Source of the DNA: Antechinus flavipes
Lineage: Eukaryota
Assembly (NCBI RefSeq): GCF_016432865.1
Contig: NC_067400.1
Coordinates: 619,876,001-619,940,000, forward strand
Length of the DNA: 64,000 nt
Direction: 5' to 3'
Part shown: positions 12,381 through 23,593 of the stretch, piece by piece
Numbering within the stretch: position 1 is the first letter of the stretch
How the letters are laid out: each line of letters begins with the position of its first letter
The notes under the pieces: generated by a model
The model's input: only the letters and a program-made list of their open reading frames with translations
What the model was told of the DNA's origin: nothing
The model's database searches: none
Translations under genes and position numbers: made by a program

Positions 12381-13149
12381 TTATTGCAATGCAAAGAAGG
12401 GAATTGAACCGAATGAATGAATTAAATCACCCCACCTTATTTAAATTTACATCTTAATGAGGAGAGAACGTCTCAAAATAATAACTAATTCTGTCAATAA
12501 AAAGTTATTATAGTAATAATAATAAAAAATACTTAAAATAATAATAACTAATTAGTCAAAGTCTTTAGGATAAATCTGAAATTAATCTTTGATCAAATAA
12601 ATGATATACTGAGTGTTCCAATTGGCTGAGGAAACAATCAAATCCCAGAGGTTTTCTATAAAATATCAGTTTCAGGCCTGAGAATTGAGAGTGAGTTCAA
12701 ACCAGAAGGAATAGTTTGGGGATAGGATGGTTTGGATAAATGGATGGTTTCATGGTTAAATGGATGCAATCAGGGACAAGAAACTCATACATATTCTTAC
12801 TAGGTAAAAATTGATGTTCGACAGGTCAGCAACCAGTCTGTCTTACTATTTTAACCACATCCCTCTTACTTCAGTAAGCAGCTTCGGTCAAAAACATGAC
12901 TCCTGTTCCATGAAGACTTACGAAGAATCATGGGGTTCCATGGCCCAAACAAATTCTCTGCCCTTTGCTTCCTTCCTTCTCCCTTGGAACACCTGCACCC
13001 AAATCAGAGGCAATCAGGTGCTTCGGCATCCTGGTCTACACTTGGTTCACTCCTAGAAAATGCCCCAGGAAGGAAGAAATGCTTCAGGAAGGTGTCCAAT
13101 GGCCATCTACAGCAATGTGGGCACCAGCCCATTGAGTGATAGATTTGTG

Positions 13150-15170
13150 ATTTAGGGGGTGGGGGAGGGAGAATACCCCCAACACCCACAAGGACTGGGT
13201 ACTCTGCTAGCCGAGAGGAAATCACCCCAAGGTGGAAAAGAGGCTAGACCAGCAACGTCAAGGGTAGCACAGTCATTGCTGATTGCTAGGGAAAATTAGC
13301 AGCTGGGACTTTCAAGACAGGTAAGAGTGGAGACCTCTTAACCGCTAAGAGTTGAGGTTCTGGGACATGAACCCCTCGAGAAAATATATTCAGATGAGGG
13401 TGGGAGATTTCAGGAGGAGTTAGAAGGTACAGACCCTGCATTCTCATCAAGTTAGACTGGTATTAGCCAGGTGAAGCAGGGAATGATCAAGGCTCTAAGT
13501 CCAATAGATTTAGTAGTCAGATTCCCTGAAAAACCAAAGGAGTCCCTTCCTGGCTGGATAGTTCAATTATGGGATAGTGGAGAAGTTGGAATGAAGTCAT
13601 TTTTATCCAAGGTGGAGGAGGGGAGCCTCATGGCAGAAACTGCATGGTCCAAGATGAATTCAAGAAGATTGTTTACTTTTAGAATGGATTATTTGGATGC
13701 TTGGCTGGACTCTACTCATACGCCAGTAGAATGGGCTCCTTGGAGGAATATGGAGGAAGTCTGGGACACAATTAGGGAAGTAATCACATAATCTATTTTA
13801 TACATTCCTGACACATCTGGGATGGAGAACAAACTTTTAAAGTTAGCTCCTGCTCAGTGGAAGGTAGCTCTGTTAGCTGCTTTAGCAGCTGGACATTAGC
13901 TGGAATAATGTTATTCCAGTCCCTGGAAGCGACATTAACTAATGATTAGGGAGAAGCACTGGCTGATTTGGCTGAGATCCGAGCTCTAAATCCTCATCAG
14001 AGTAAGATCCGTGAAAGGGAAATCATAAAGAAATCAGAGAGCCAAAGCGGGTTACTGAGAAGCAAATGCGGCTTGATTTGATATTGGCCATGAGAAGAAG
14101 TAGCTGAACGAATGAAGTTCTATTAATAAGGCAGATTATATTGAAGCCACACAGGTTTCACCTTGAAGAAAATAAAGCCCCAGACATGAGTAAGGAGACA
14201 AAGCCTGTACTTCTTCCCCATTGTCTAGAAGCCAATGAAATCTATAAGGGGTAAAAAGTGGGGAACCTCTCTCCAAGAGTGGGGGGATTGAGGGAACCCA
14301 TAGGTCTCACGTAGAAATAATTTTTCATTGGCCAAAGCATAATTGACAATCCTCGCTCTATTAGATACTGGGATTGAAAGCATCCTTTTTCATAGAAATC
14401 CACATAGATTCCTGGGTTCCATAGTTTGATGATCAAAGGGATTCTGCAGCTCCAAGATTGTATTGCAAATCAGGCATTCACCACTCTAAGAATATTCTGT
14501 ACATATATTACCAATCCCTAAAAACATTAAAAGAGTAAATTTATAACTTGGGACATTCTCGCAAAGGGACATTGCAGAAGAAGTCAGCGTGAAGATTATT
14601 GGGGTCAAACATGAAGGGGCAGCTTGTGGTAAGTGGGTGATGATCATGGTGGGGAGCATTATGGATAAAATGCATCATGAGTACTGAAGAAAGTGGAGGA
14701 ATCCCATTTCTGGGTGTGATGGGTAAAAATAATCTTTTGGGGTTTTGTCAAATGTTCCCTTGCTTCTCTCCCCCTCTACCATGGAGGGTAGTGACCATTA
14801 AACAATACAGGCTACTAACAGGGCACCAAAAAATATCAGAAACCACTCTGGAATTGGCTAAAATAAATAGAAAGAAAACCCAGAGCCCTGTGAAAAAATC
14901 CAACAGTGACAGTAGATCTATGGTGAATTACAAGGCCTTTCCCCAGTACACGTTGCTGTCCCAGAGTTACTACTTTAGAAAGAATGACCACAAAAGTAGG
15001 TCAGTGACACATTGAGCTGGATTTAGCTAATGCCTCTTTTAGTATTCTCTTGGCAGAGGAATCACAAGGGCGGTTAGTGTTCACATGGAATGGACAACAA
15101 TGGACTTTCCACGGTCTGGTCGGCCATGGTCTGGATGCCGTTCCCCACCGTGACTAGTGATATCATGTTA
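13150..15170 (+). mobile_element. ERV-L-like (class III) gag-pro-pol relic
   Basis: Gag-like RFPEKPKESLPGWIVQLWDSG (ORF 13471), protease ALLDTG at 14355-14372, RT N-terminus KQYRLLTGHQKISET (~14800), and RT motif DLANASFSI...FTWNGQQWTF from 15020. Many stops and frameshifts. Confidence 0.8.
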
Positions 15171-16774
15171 ACATCTGATGATTTGACTTTACTCCTGCCA
15201 GTGTTTTGACTCATTTCAAAATATTCTCTTCAAATAAACCCTGGAAAGGCAAGTTCCTAGGTATGATATAGTCAGATATATAAAGTATATAAAGGTGAAT
15301 ACCTATGTAAAGTATTTAAGATATATAAGGTATACAGATATCTTATATATATGTATAATATATATTACATTATATAACATACTGTATATGTGTAAAATGT
15401 GTATGTTATATATTTGTGTATGTATATATAATATGATATATAAAGTATATAAAATAAGGGTTATATCTAAGGCTGTAATGAACAAAATTCAAGCTTCATT
15501 TATTCCTATTTTAAAAAAAAGATTATAAACCTTTTGGGGAATGTTGGGAGATTGGAAGTGCTTTATCATCTATCTTTCTCAATGCTCATATCTGCTACCT
15601 GCCATTATTAGGACAGAGAAAGAGTGGAAATAGGACAAAGCCCAATAATCTGCCTTCTTTGATAAAGTCCAGGCATTGGTGGAATAGGAAAGTGATTTCC
15701 CATAAGAAATAGATGTTGCTACATTTAATTAGGGGTTTGGTTGGGCCCTGAAGCAGCCCCGCAAACCTGAGATATAGTAGCCTTTTAAATTCTGGTCACT
15801 GTAAAGGGATGGATTAGTAATAGTTTGCCAAAATCCACTTCTTCCATGGCACGGAGCCTGATCCTGATTAAATGGCACCCTTACTTGGGGAAAGAAAACT
15901 TTCTGTCCGATAACGCTTTTATCCATAACACTCTTTTCGCTCGCTGAATATAGAGTTTGTAAACCTGAGTACTGCATTTATTATCATCTGATCCCAGTAG
16001 AAACACAAGGACCGGTTCATACATATGGTGCACCATTTATGTGGCTTTGAGGGGTAGGGCTGCTGCTGGACCTGTATGGCTGTGTCTGTCCAAAGAGCAT
16101 CTCGGTGATGAAGCTCTGAGAGCTAATGACTCTTGGACCTAGAGATTTTTGTTAACGAAACTAAGGTCATGCAAAGCGCTCTAATTCTTCCTACGTGCCA
16201 TGCATAAGGTGGGCTGCATGCTTATGATTAACAATAACCAAAGGTCTAGTCCCTTGTTCCCACCCCTTCACACTAGGGACGTCACAGAAGTCAGCAGGAA
16301 GAGTATTGGGGTCGAATATGAAGGGGTGACTTGTGGGTTAAATAATACAGGCTACTAACAGGACACCAAGAAATATCAGAAACCTTTCTGGAATTGGCTA
16401 AAATAAATATAAGGAAAACCCGGAGCCCTGTGGGTTAAGTGGATGATGGTTATGATGGGGAGCATTAGGGATTAAAAGGATCATGAGTATGGTTATAAAC
16501 AAGAAAGTCATATGTATCCTGCTTTCAGCCAGTTCCATCTTGGTTGAACATTCACACGTTCTGCTACATTGGTGACATCCTTTGCGTTTTAGCCCACAAG
16601 CAGTTTCAGTAAAAACAAAAATAAAACAAATGAAAAAGCATCACCCCCAATGCTTTCTGTCTATCTCAAGGTTCTGTTACAGCGGCACCTGTAAGTCAAC
16701 TCGCCAATAAATCTTGGACGAATCACTCAAGATTTGTGTGATTCCGGCAACAACAAGACTATACGATGATCAGT

Positions 16775-17290
16775 TCTGATGGACGTGGCTCTCTTTAACA
16801 ATGACACGATTCAAGTCATTTCCAATTGTTTAGTGATGAAGAGAGCCATCTGTACCCAGAGAGGACTGTGGGAACTGAGTTTAGTTCACAACATACCGTT
16901 TTCACTCTTTTTATTGTTGCTTGTTTGCATTTTATTTTGCTTCTTTTTTTATTGGTTTGATTTGATTTTTCTTGTGCAGCAAGATAATTGTATAAATATG
17001 TATGCATAGGTTGGATTTAATATATATTTCTATCATGTTTAACATATATTGGACTACTTGCCATCTAGGGGAGGGCGTGGGGGAAGAGGGGAAAATTGGA
17101 GCACAAATTTTTGCAAGAGCTAATGTTGAAGAATTATCCATTGCATATGTTTTGAAAAACTTATTAAATTTATTATTTTAATATATTTTAATTAATAAAT
17201 TATTTTAATATATAGTATTAATTATATAATAATATAAATTAATAATTTAATAATAATAAAACTTATTATTAAAAAGCTTTAATTTTAAAA
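16775..17290 (+). mobile_element. LINE-1 ORF2 end/3' UTR fragment with AT-rich insertion
   Basis: Similar to the L1 3' segments at 40270-40690 and 12245. Confidence 0.7.
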
Positions 17291-18849
17291 AAAAGATTTG
17301 TGCGACTCTTTCCTTGCATTCCTTGCAACAAGCAAATGTAATCAAACACTCTTGATTTCCCCATCCACAATGGACAGTTCCAATTGCCCCATGATAGTTT
17401 TATAGACTCAGACTTGAAATTCTCAAAGGAAATGGGCGATTTCTTATTTACTTTTCTGCATTTGATCATGACAATAATAAAACTTCAGTTTCATATGAGA
17501 CCACAAAGGCTACCCAGTCCAGTCATTGACTGAGTATCTCCTCAACACCCCAAATAATAATATATATAATATAACATCTAAGCTTTGCTTCGATACTTTG
17601 TCCTCCATTTTTTTCTCTCACCAGTCCAAAAAGTATTCCTTGTTCTTGATAGAGAAAATAGATTTTTAAAAAGGAGTGGATTTCCCTTCTTTAATTTATT
17701 TCTTTAATAAACCTGTTTCAATAACTTGAGCTTGTTTTATGAGTTTCCTTACAGGATCATACTATACATGTGCATTGATCCTTGTGGACTGCAATATAAA
17801 GCATAGGTCGATGTGTTTTTGCCCCTTTTAAAGTACTCCCCAGCACTTAGCACAGGAATTGGCACATTTTCTTGCTCACTCCCATAAACCTTTTGTGAAC
17901 TCGTTTGAGGTTTTCTTGGTAAAAATACTAAAGCGGTTTGCCATTTCCTTCTGCATTTGCTATTTCCTTAACAAAAAAAATCTTCATAAATGCTTCCTAA
18001 ATTAAATCAAGAATGCCTAACGAGTTCAAATTCATGTGACCAAAGGCAAGTCACTTAATCTCAATTTCCCCATCTGCAAAATGAGGATATTAATATCTAT
18101 GTTTCCTTCCAGTTTGGTTGTGAAGATCAAGTGAGAGAATAAATGTAAAACGCTCCAGGAAAATTACAGAGCTGTGTAAATAAATATCAATTAGCACTAT
18201 TATTCATCAGTACTTGCCCTTGCTTCCATCTTGTAACATTAAAAAAACCTTCACTTAATTAATTTAAAACCTTAGCTGGATGATAAGTTCTTTATCCATT
18301 TATACCACTTTAGAAAATTCTCCTTTTTCTACCATATAAAATTTGTTTCTCGCAGTATCTTAATTTTTGATAGCTTTCCTTGGCTTAACTGACTTCCCTT
18401 CTTGAATTTTAGGTCATAAATTTCTACCTCTCTTGTGCATTCTCTTTCCATATATTTTCTGCGTATGTCACACTACGTCCTATTTTCCTCTCCTATATCA
18501 TTAATTCTAAACGGAAATGTCCGCTTCTTCCCAAGTTTCCATAATTTCTACATGAACAATTAGGTCTTTCTTATCGGCTAATAGCTGATCCATAGCAGCA
18601 GGTCTCCTTCTTACTTCCTTTACCTTTAAAGATAAAATAATTATGAAGGTAATTAATCAAGGCAAGCAAAAAGCATCACCTTGGAAAGAAGTTTCAGGCG
18701 AGTGGCGGGAATCAGTTACTTGTGGGATAATTACCGATACCGATAATCTCCTTATTTAAAATCAAAATCCAGTATTCCCTGTAATAAACTAGAAAGCTTT
18801 CCAATAAAATCGAGTATAAAGCCAAGATTCCGTGATCAGCATTATTAGT

Positions 18850-19180
18850 CAATATCGAACTAGAAATGCTTAGGACAGCAATTAGACAAAAAAAAAAAAA
18901 AGAAATTGGAGGAATGAACAGAGATAATGAATAAACAAAGACTCATTGTTTCCTGATATGATAGTGTACTTAGAGAATCCTAAAGAGGCAATTTTAAAAA
19001 CAAATAGGGACAATAATAATTTCAGCTGAGCTACAGGATAGGAAATAAACCTGCATAAATCATCAGTATTTCTGAATGTTACCAGCAAAACACAAGAGGA
19101 AGAGATAAGAGACATTTCAGTTAGAATAACTCTAGTTGATATAAAGTACTTGGGAACATATACAGAAACGATTTGAATAT
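18850..19180 (+). mobile_element. LINE-1 ORF2 (RT domain) fragment
   Basis: Degenerate NIELEML..AIR...KDSLFPDMIVYLENP, resembling L1 LSLFADDMIVYLENP. Confidence 0.7.
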
Positions 19181-19204
19181 GTGTGTGTATATATATATAT
19201 TTTG

Positions 19205-19338
19205 CTGAGGCAATTGGGGTTAAGTGACTTGCCCAGGGTCACACAGTGAGGAAGTGTAAGTGTCTGAGGTGGGATTTGAACTCCCGTCCTCCTGACTTCA
19301 GCGCTGGGGCTCTACCCACTGCGCCCCCTACTGGCCTC
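19205..19338 (-). mobile_element. WSINE1-like SINE
   Basis: gaggcaattggggttaagtgacttgcccagggtcacacag...tttgaactc. Confidence 0.85.
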
Positions 19339-19710
19339 TATATGAATATAGTTTTAAAATGCCGATATACAAAGAGATCTAAATAATTAGAGAAATATGG
19401 CTTATGAGGAAGCAAAGCTGATACAATAAAGATCATGCTTCCTAAATTAATTGTATTAGTACCATATCAAACCATCCAAAGACTATTTTATGGAGCTAGG
19501 AAAAACATTCATTAGTAAGAAAAGTCAGGCAGGATTTGAACTCTGTAATTGCCAGTTGAAGAAGTGCTGATTCTATTCCTTATAGCACCCATCTTCCTCC
19601 AGACTGACTTCTTAAAGGGAAAAAAAACACTGACCGGAGATCTCCTCTCCACCCGGTATGATGGCTGGGTGCTTTAAGGCTTTAGGCTTCTAAAAGAAGG
19701 GAGGAGGTTA

Positions 19711-19830
19711 GGGCCGCTAGGTGGCGCAGTGGGTAGAGCGCCAGCCTTGAAGCCAGGAGTTCATGAGTTCAAATCTGGTCTCAGACACTTCCCGGCTGTG
19801 TGACTCTAAGCAAGAGGCCTCAGGGAAGTA
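19711..19830 (+). mobile_element. WSINE1-like SINE
   Basis: gggccgctaggtggcgcagtgggtagagcgccagccttgaag...gagttcaaatc. Confidence 0.8.
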
Positions 19831-20953
19831 GGGGGGGAGTCATGGAGGAAATTGGAAAGGAAAGTATTTTCAATCAAAGATTGTGGTTGAACTTCCTCAT
19901 GCGCCAGCGTCCTACGGAGCCATAATGTAGAGGCCCAGGAAAGCTCCGCAACTTCATCCAGTCCCGGGGCTCAGAGGCTTCCTACGCGTGCGTCTCGGCC
20001 CCTGTATTCCTTCCCTGGGCCCGGTGCTCGTTACAGGCTATGTGGGCGCATGTGTGTGTGCATGTGGGCAATGTCTCCCCCTCAGACGTAAGCTTTCTCC
20101 TCCCGTCCATTCTCCACACACCCGGCAAACGAGGGGCACTTCCGGACGCTGGTTACCTGATTGCCCCGAGGCGCACAACAGCCTTAATAACCTTCTGGCA
20201 TGGAAAGCAAATCAAACCGAGTTTTTCCCAGAAGCCATTGTTGATAAGTCTAGTGACTCCCAAAATGAGAGGCCTTCCATACAAACGATCCCGGAGTCAG
20301 ACAGTAACAGCAGTTCGGAGGATGAGGATTATCATTATTAAAGAGACTTGAACAGTTAAAAATCAAGAGGATATAAAATCACCTTGAACCTTGAGAATTT
20401 TATTAAGATAAAAATTTAGGTCCAGACTGGAACAATATAACCCACCATAATTATGTATTTATACAGTCTTGTAATTCACAAAAATCACCAATATGGTAGT
20501 CTATTAAAATCCATTAAAAATATCAGGAACAAGGATCAGGAACAAAGACTGTAGCCAGAAGCTGATGGCAGCCCTAGCGATAGCCCAAGATGCCCAGCGG
20601 ATCAGTATTCAGGATCGACTCAAGCTTGTTTGGCTTCCACATCCGCTATAAGGAGGATGCAGCAGAGTCTGGCAGCAGCGAAGAGGGAAGAGACTTATTT
20701 TTCCAAGAGGCTAAAAAGCCCCAAAGAGCTGGAAGCTCAAATTCTTCTATTTCAAAGGAAGAAAACAAGGAATCCTGTTCAACTAAGTGCAATTTAGGAT
20801 GTACCTCCAAGAAGAAACTTAAACTAAAAGGAGGTGGGGACATGACAGATGAGCAAGATGAAACCCCTAAAAGGAAGAAAAATAAGTTCCCTTCACAAGA
20901 CAGTACCTCAGTGGAGGAAAAAGGAAGCAGTGGTAATTCACATCCTGACCAAT

Positions 20954-21422
20954 CATCACAAAACACAAACGATCTTTTGTCTGGAAGGAATATTTCAAGG
21001 ATGTGAAAAATGGGTGTCTCGTGTTTTTTAATACTCTACTTTCTGTTAGAGGATGTGCCACTTCATCCTTTGCAATAATTACTTCTTTCTTCAAAATCTT
21101 CATAGCATAATATTTTCCACTTGCCTTCTCTCGAACCAAATCACTTTCCCAAAAGTGCCTTTACCCAATAGTTTCAAATAGTCAAAGTCATTCATTGTCT
21201 TTCTTTTATGATGAGTTGTAGAAGCATCCATTTCCTCTTCTCCTATATTGTCAATTTGTGAAGTAGGACTACAATTCATCCTTTCCTCTTCTTGCCTCTG
21301 AAGTCTGTCTGCTGCAGCCTGGAGAGCTTCTGTCCATTCTTCCCTTTCCTCTGGAGTGTCCACATGAAATGTTCGTTCTATAACAGCGGTCCACCGGAGG
21401 CGTCTGATAATAAATGTGTTGG
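20954..21422 (-). pseudogene. AKT3: Processed AKT3 pseudogene fragment (end of PH domain, linker and start of kinase domain), frameshifted, truncated at both ends
   Basis: Intronless NTFIIR...[50 protein letters not shown], then a 1-nt deletion near 21138-21140, then [28 protein letters not shown]...RLCFVM. The linker sequence is AKT3-specific. No poly(A). Confidence 0.95.
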
Positions 21423-21454
21423 CCCCCGAGTAGAACGGGACGGGGCGCTGCGGA

Positions 21455-21502
21455 GCGGACGGAGCAATCTGCCCCGGGGCGGACGGAGCAATCTGCCCCG
21501 GG
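21455..21502. repeat. Perfect 24-bp tandem duplication in a CpG-rich segment upstream of C19orf84 exon
   Basis: gcggacggagcaatctgccccggg at 21455-21478 and 21479-21502. Confidence 0.95.
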
Positions 21503-21593
21503 CCGCACCCTTGCCCCGGTTTGGCTCCCGGCCCTAACCTGCTCGCGGAGGGATTCCCATCTAGCCCCTTCTTCAGGGTCCCTGTTTCCCAAG

Positions 21594-23593
21594 ATGGAGC
21601 GGCCGGAGCGGGCGGAGGCCGGAGGGTGAGCAGGGCCGAGAAATGCAAAGATTTGGAGACCTAGAGAGGGTCTAAGAGGAGGGTCGGAGGGCCCGGACAC
21701 CGACGGACAGAGACAGACCTGTAGGGGGAAGGGGCGCGCTGGGGAGGGGGGGGAGAGGGGCTGAGACCTGGGTGGGGATCCCGGGCCGGACTTCGGCCCT
21801 GCTCCACCCTCAGCTCCCTCAGGGACCTGACTCAATCGGCAACTTAATGGCAACTTACTGTGTGTCGGGCACCGAGTCAGGTGCTGGGGGTGCGATAAAC
21901 GAGACAGCCCGAAGGACTAGAAGTTGGTCAGTTCCTTCTCTCTGGAGTTCAGTTTGCCCATTTATAGAACGGGGCCGGAGCAGGGGGACCAGAAGGATGC
22001 ATGTGCAATTCGATGTTGTCTAAGGACTCCCTGAGCTCCGACATCCCCTGTTCTAGGTCCTCTCCCAGCTCTGACCTTCCCTGTTCTAGGTCCCTTCCAG
22101 CTCGGACATCCCCTGTTCTAGGTCCTCTCCCAGCTCTGACCTTCCCTGTTCTAGGTCCCTTCCAGCTCTGACATTCCTTGTTCTAGGTCCCCTTACAGCT
22201 CTAAACCTCTCTTGTTCTAGGTTCCCTCCCAGCTGACATCGCCTGTTCTAGGTCTTCTTCCAACTCTGATCTTCCCTATTCTAAGGGTCCTTCCAGCTTT
22301 GACATCCCCTGTTCTAGGTCCTCTTCCACTTCTGACATTTCCTGTTCTAAGGGCTTTCCAAGCTAAGACGTTCCCTCTTCCAGATCTTCTCCCAGCTCTG
22401 CCATTCCCTGTTCTAGGTTCCCTTCCAGCTCTGACATCCCCTGCTTTAGGTCCTTTCCCAGCTCTGACATTCCTTATTCTAGGTTCTCTCCCAGCTCTGC
22501 CATTCCCTGTTCTAGGTTCCCTTCCAGCTCTGACATCCCCTGCTTTAGGTCCTTTCCCAGCTCTGACATTCCTTGTTCTAGGTTCTCTCCCAGCTCTGCC
22601 ATTCCCTGTTCTAGGTTCCCTTCCAGCTCTGACATTCCTTGTTCTAAGGGCCTTCCAAGCTAAGACATTCCCTCTTCCAGATCCTGACATTCCTTGTTCT
22701 AGGAATCTAATCTAGAAATAGAAGATTCAGGCAAGGATGGGGACGTGGGTGCAGCTAGGGAAGAAGGGGCTTTCTCCTCTCTGACCCCTGGCCCCGTCTC
22801 ATTGCAGAAGCAGCCTCTCGGAGCCCCCGAAGCCGCCGGCCGCCAGCCCTGCTCCCCAGACGCTGGCCCTGAGTCAGGTGGGGCCGGGCCAGTGATGGCC
22901 CCCGGATCCCTGCTGCCCCAGCTCCTCCCCGAGGGTCTGGCCGCCCTCACCATCCCCATCCGCCTGGATGCCCTCTCCTACCTGCTCCACAGTGCCCTGC
23001 TTGGGGCCTACAGCCTCCGGCCCGGCCCCGCCATTTGCCCTTGCCACTCCGCCCCTTACGGGGCCTGGCCGGTGGCCCAGGATGCCCCCAGACAGCACTG
23101 GCCCAGGAGCCAGAGGCAGAGGGAAGTTAATTGGTCGGAGGAGGGGGAATTCAAGGGTGGTAGAGAGCCGGAGGCCCCCAAGAGACGGGCGCGCCCCTCG
23201 CCCCTTCGGCCGGCCCTCAAGGACCAGGGGAGCGAGTCCTGGCGGCGCAGACCCCTCGCCCCTCCGCCCAAGCCCAAGGAGGAACAGGAGAGCAGGTTCC
23301 ACCATCGCCGAAGCCCGGCCGCCTCCTGCACGTCAGCCCCGGCGGAGTGGGAGAGGGATTATCAGCACTGCAGGCCTCCTGTCCCTCCTTCCCCGCCCAG
23401 GGAAGATTGGGAGGGGGGCTACCACCGCCCGAGGGCCCCAGCTGCCGCCAGCCCCCCACCGGCTGAGGACTGGGAGACCGAGTACTACGGAGCCGGGACC
23501 CCAGACCCCCGGGACGCCCCTTTGGGCCGCTCTGAGAGCCCGCTTCTGGAGGACAAGGAGAGCAGCCCCGAGGCCCGGGGCCTCCAGCCCTGA
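21594..23593 (+). CDS. C19orf84: C19orf84 ortholog (piRNA-directed DNA methylation adaptor); coding exons 21594-21625 and 22808-23593 with a frame discrepancy; conserved frame opens at ATG 22895 (232 aa)
   Basis: Contains [29 protein letters not shown] and AEDWETEY, matching human ([29 protein letters not shown]...AEDWETEY). The small exon [10 protein letters not shown] has acceptor cttcag (21576) and donor gtgagc (21626). The strong acceptor is at 22807 and AATAAA at 23926-23931. Position upstream of LIM2 is syntenic. Confidence 0.85.
22031..22705. repeat. ~30-bp minisatellite (ccagctctgacattccctgttctaggtccct) in C19orf84 intron
   Basis: About 20 or more visible degenerate copies. It explains ORFs 22217..22690 and 22299..22715. 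Confidence 0.95.

Noticed and set aside
20590-21006. 138-aa ORF as an independent gene
   Set aside because: It runs across the junction into antisense AKT3 sequence and the flanking frames are full of stops. It is kept only as an unidentified relic.
21100-21648. 182-aa minus-strand ORF as a functional AKT fusion
   Set aside because: It is a chance join of CpG-island sequence to a frameshifted pseudogene fragment that lacks most of the kinase domain.
22031-22705. Regular ~30-bp repeats resembling a CRISPR array
   Set aside because: The units are head-to-tail without unique spacers, the context is a eukaryotic intron, and there are no cas genes.
22745-22807. GTG start at 22745, or an acceptor at 22758, as a fix for the C19orf84 frame
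   Set aside because: 22759 is phase-compatible but has no polypyrimidine tract, and the sequence between is a textbook branch point plus pyrimidine tract for 22807. The resulting peptide resembles human less than the shifted frame does.
22878-22892. GT...AG 15-nt micro-intron in C19orf84
   Set aside because: It is far below the spliceosomal minimum, and removing it would not change the frame.
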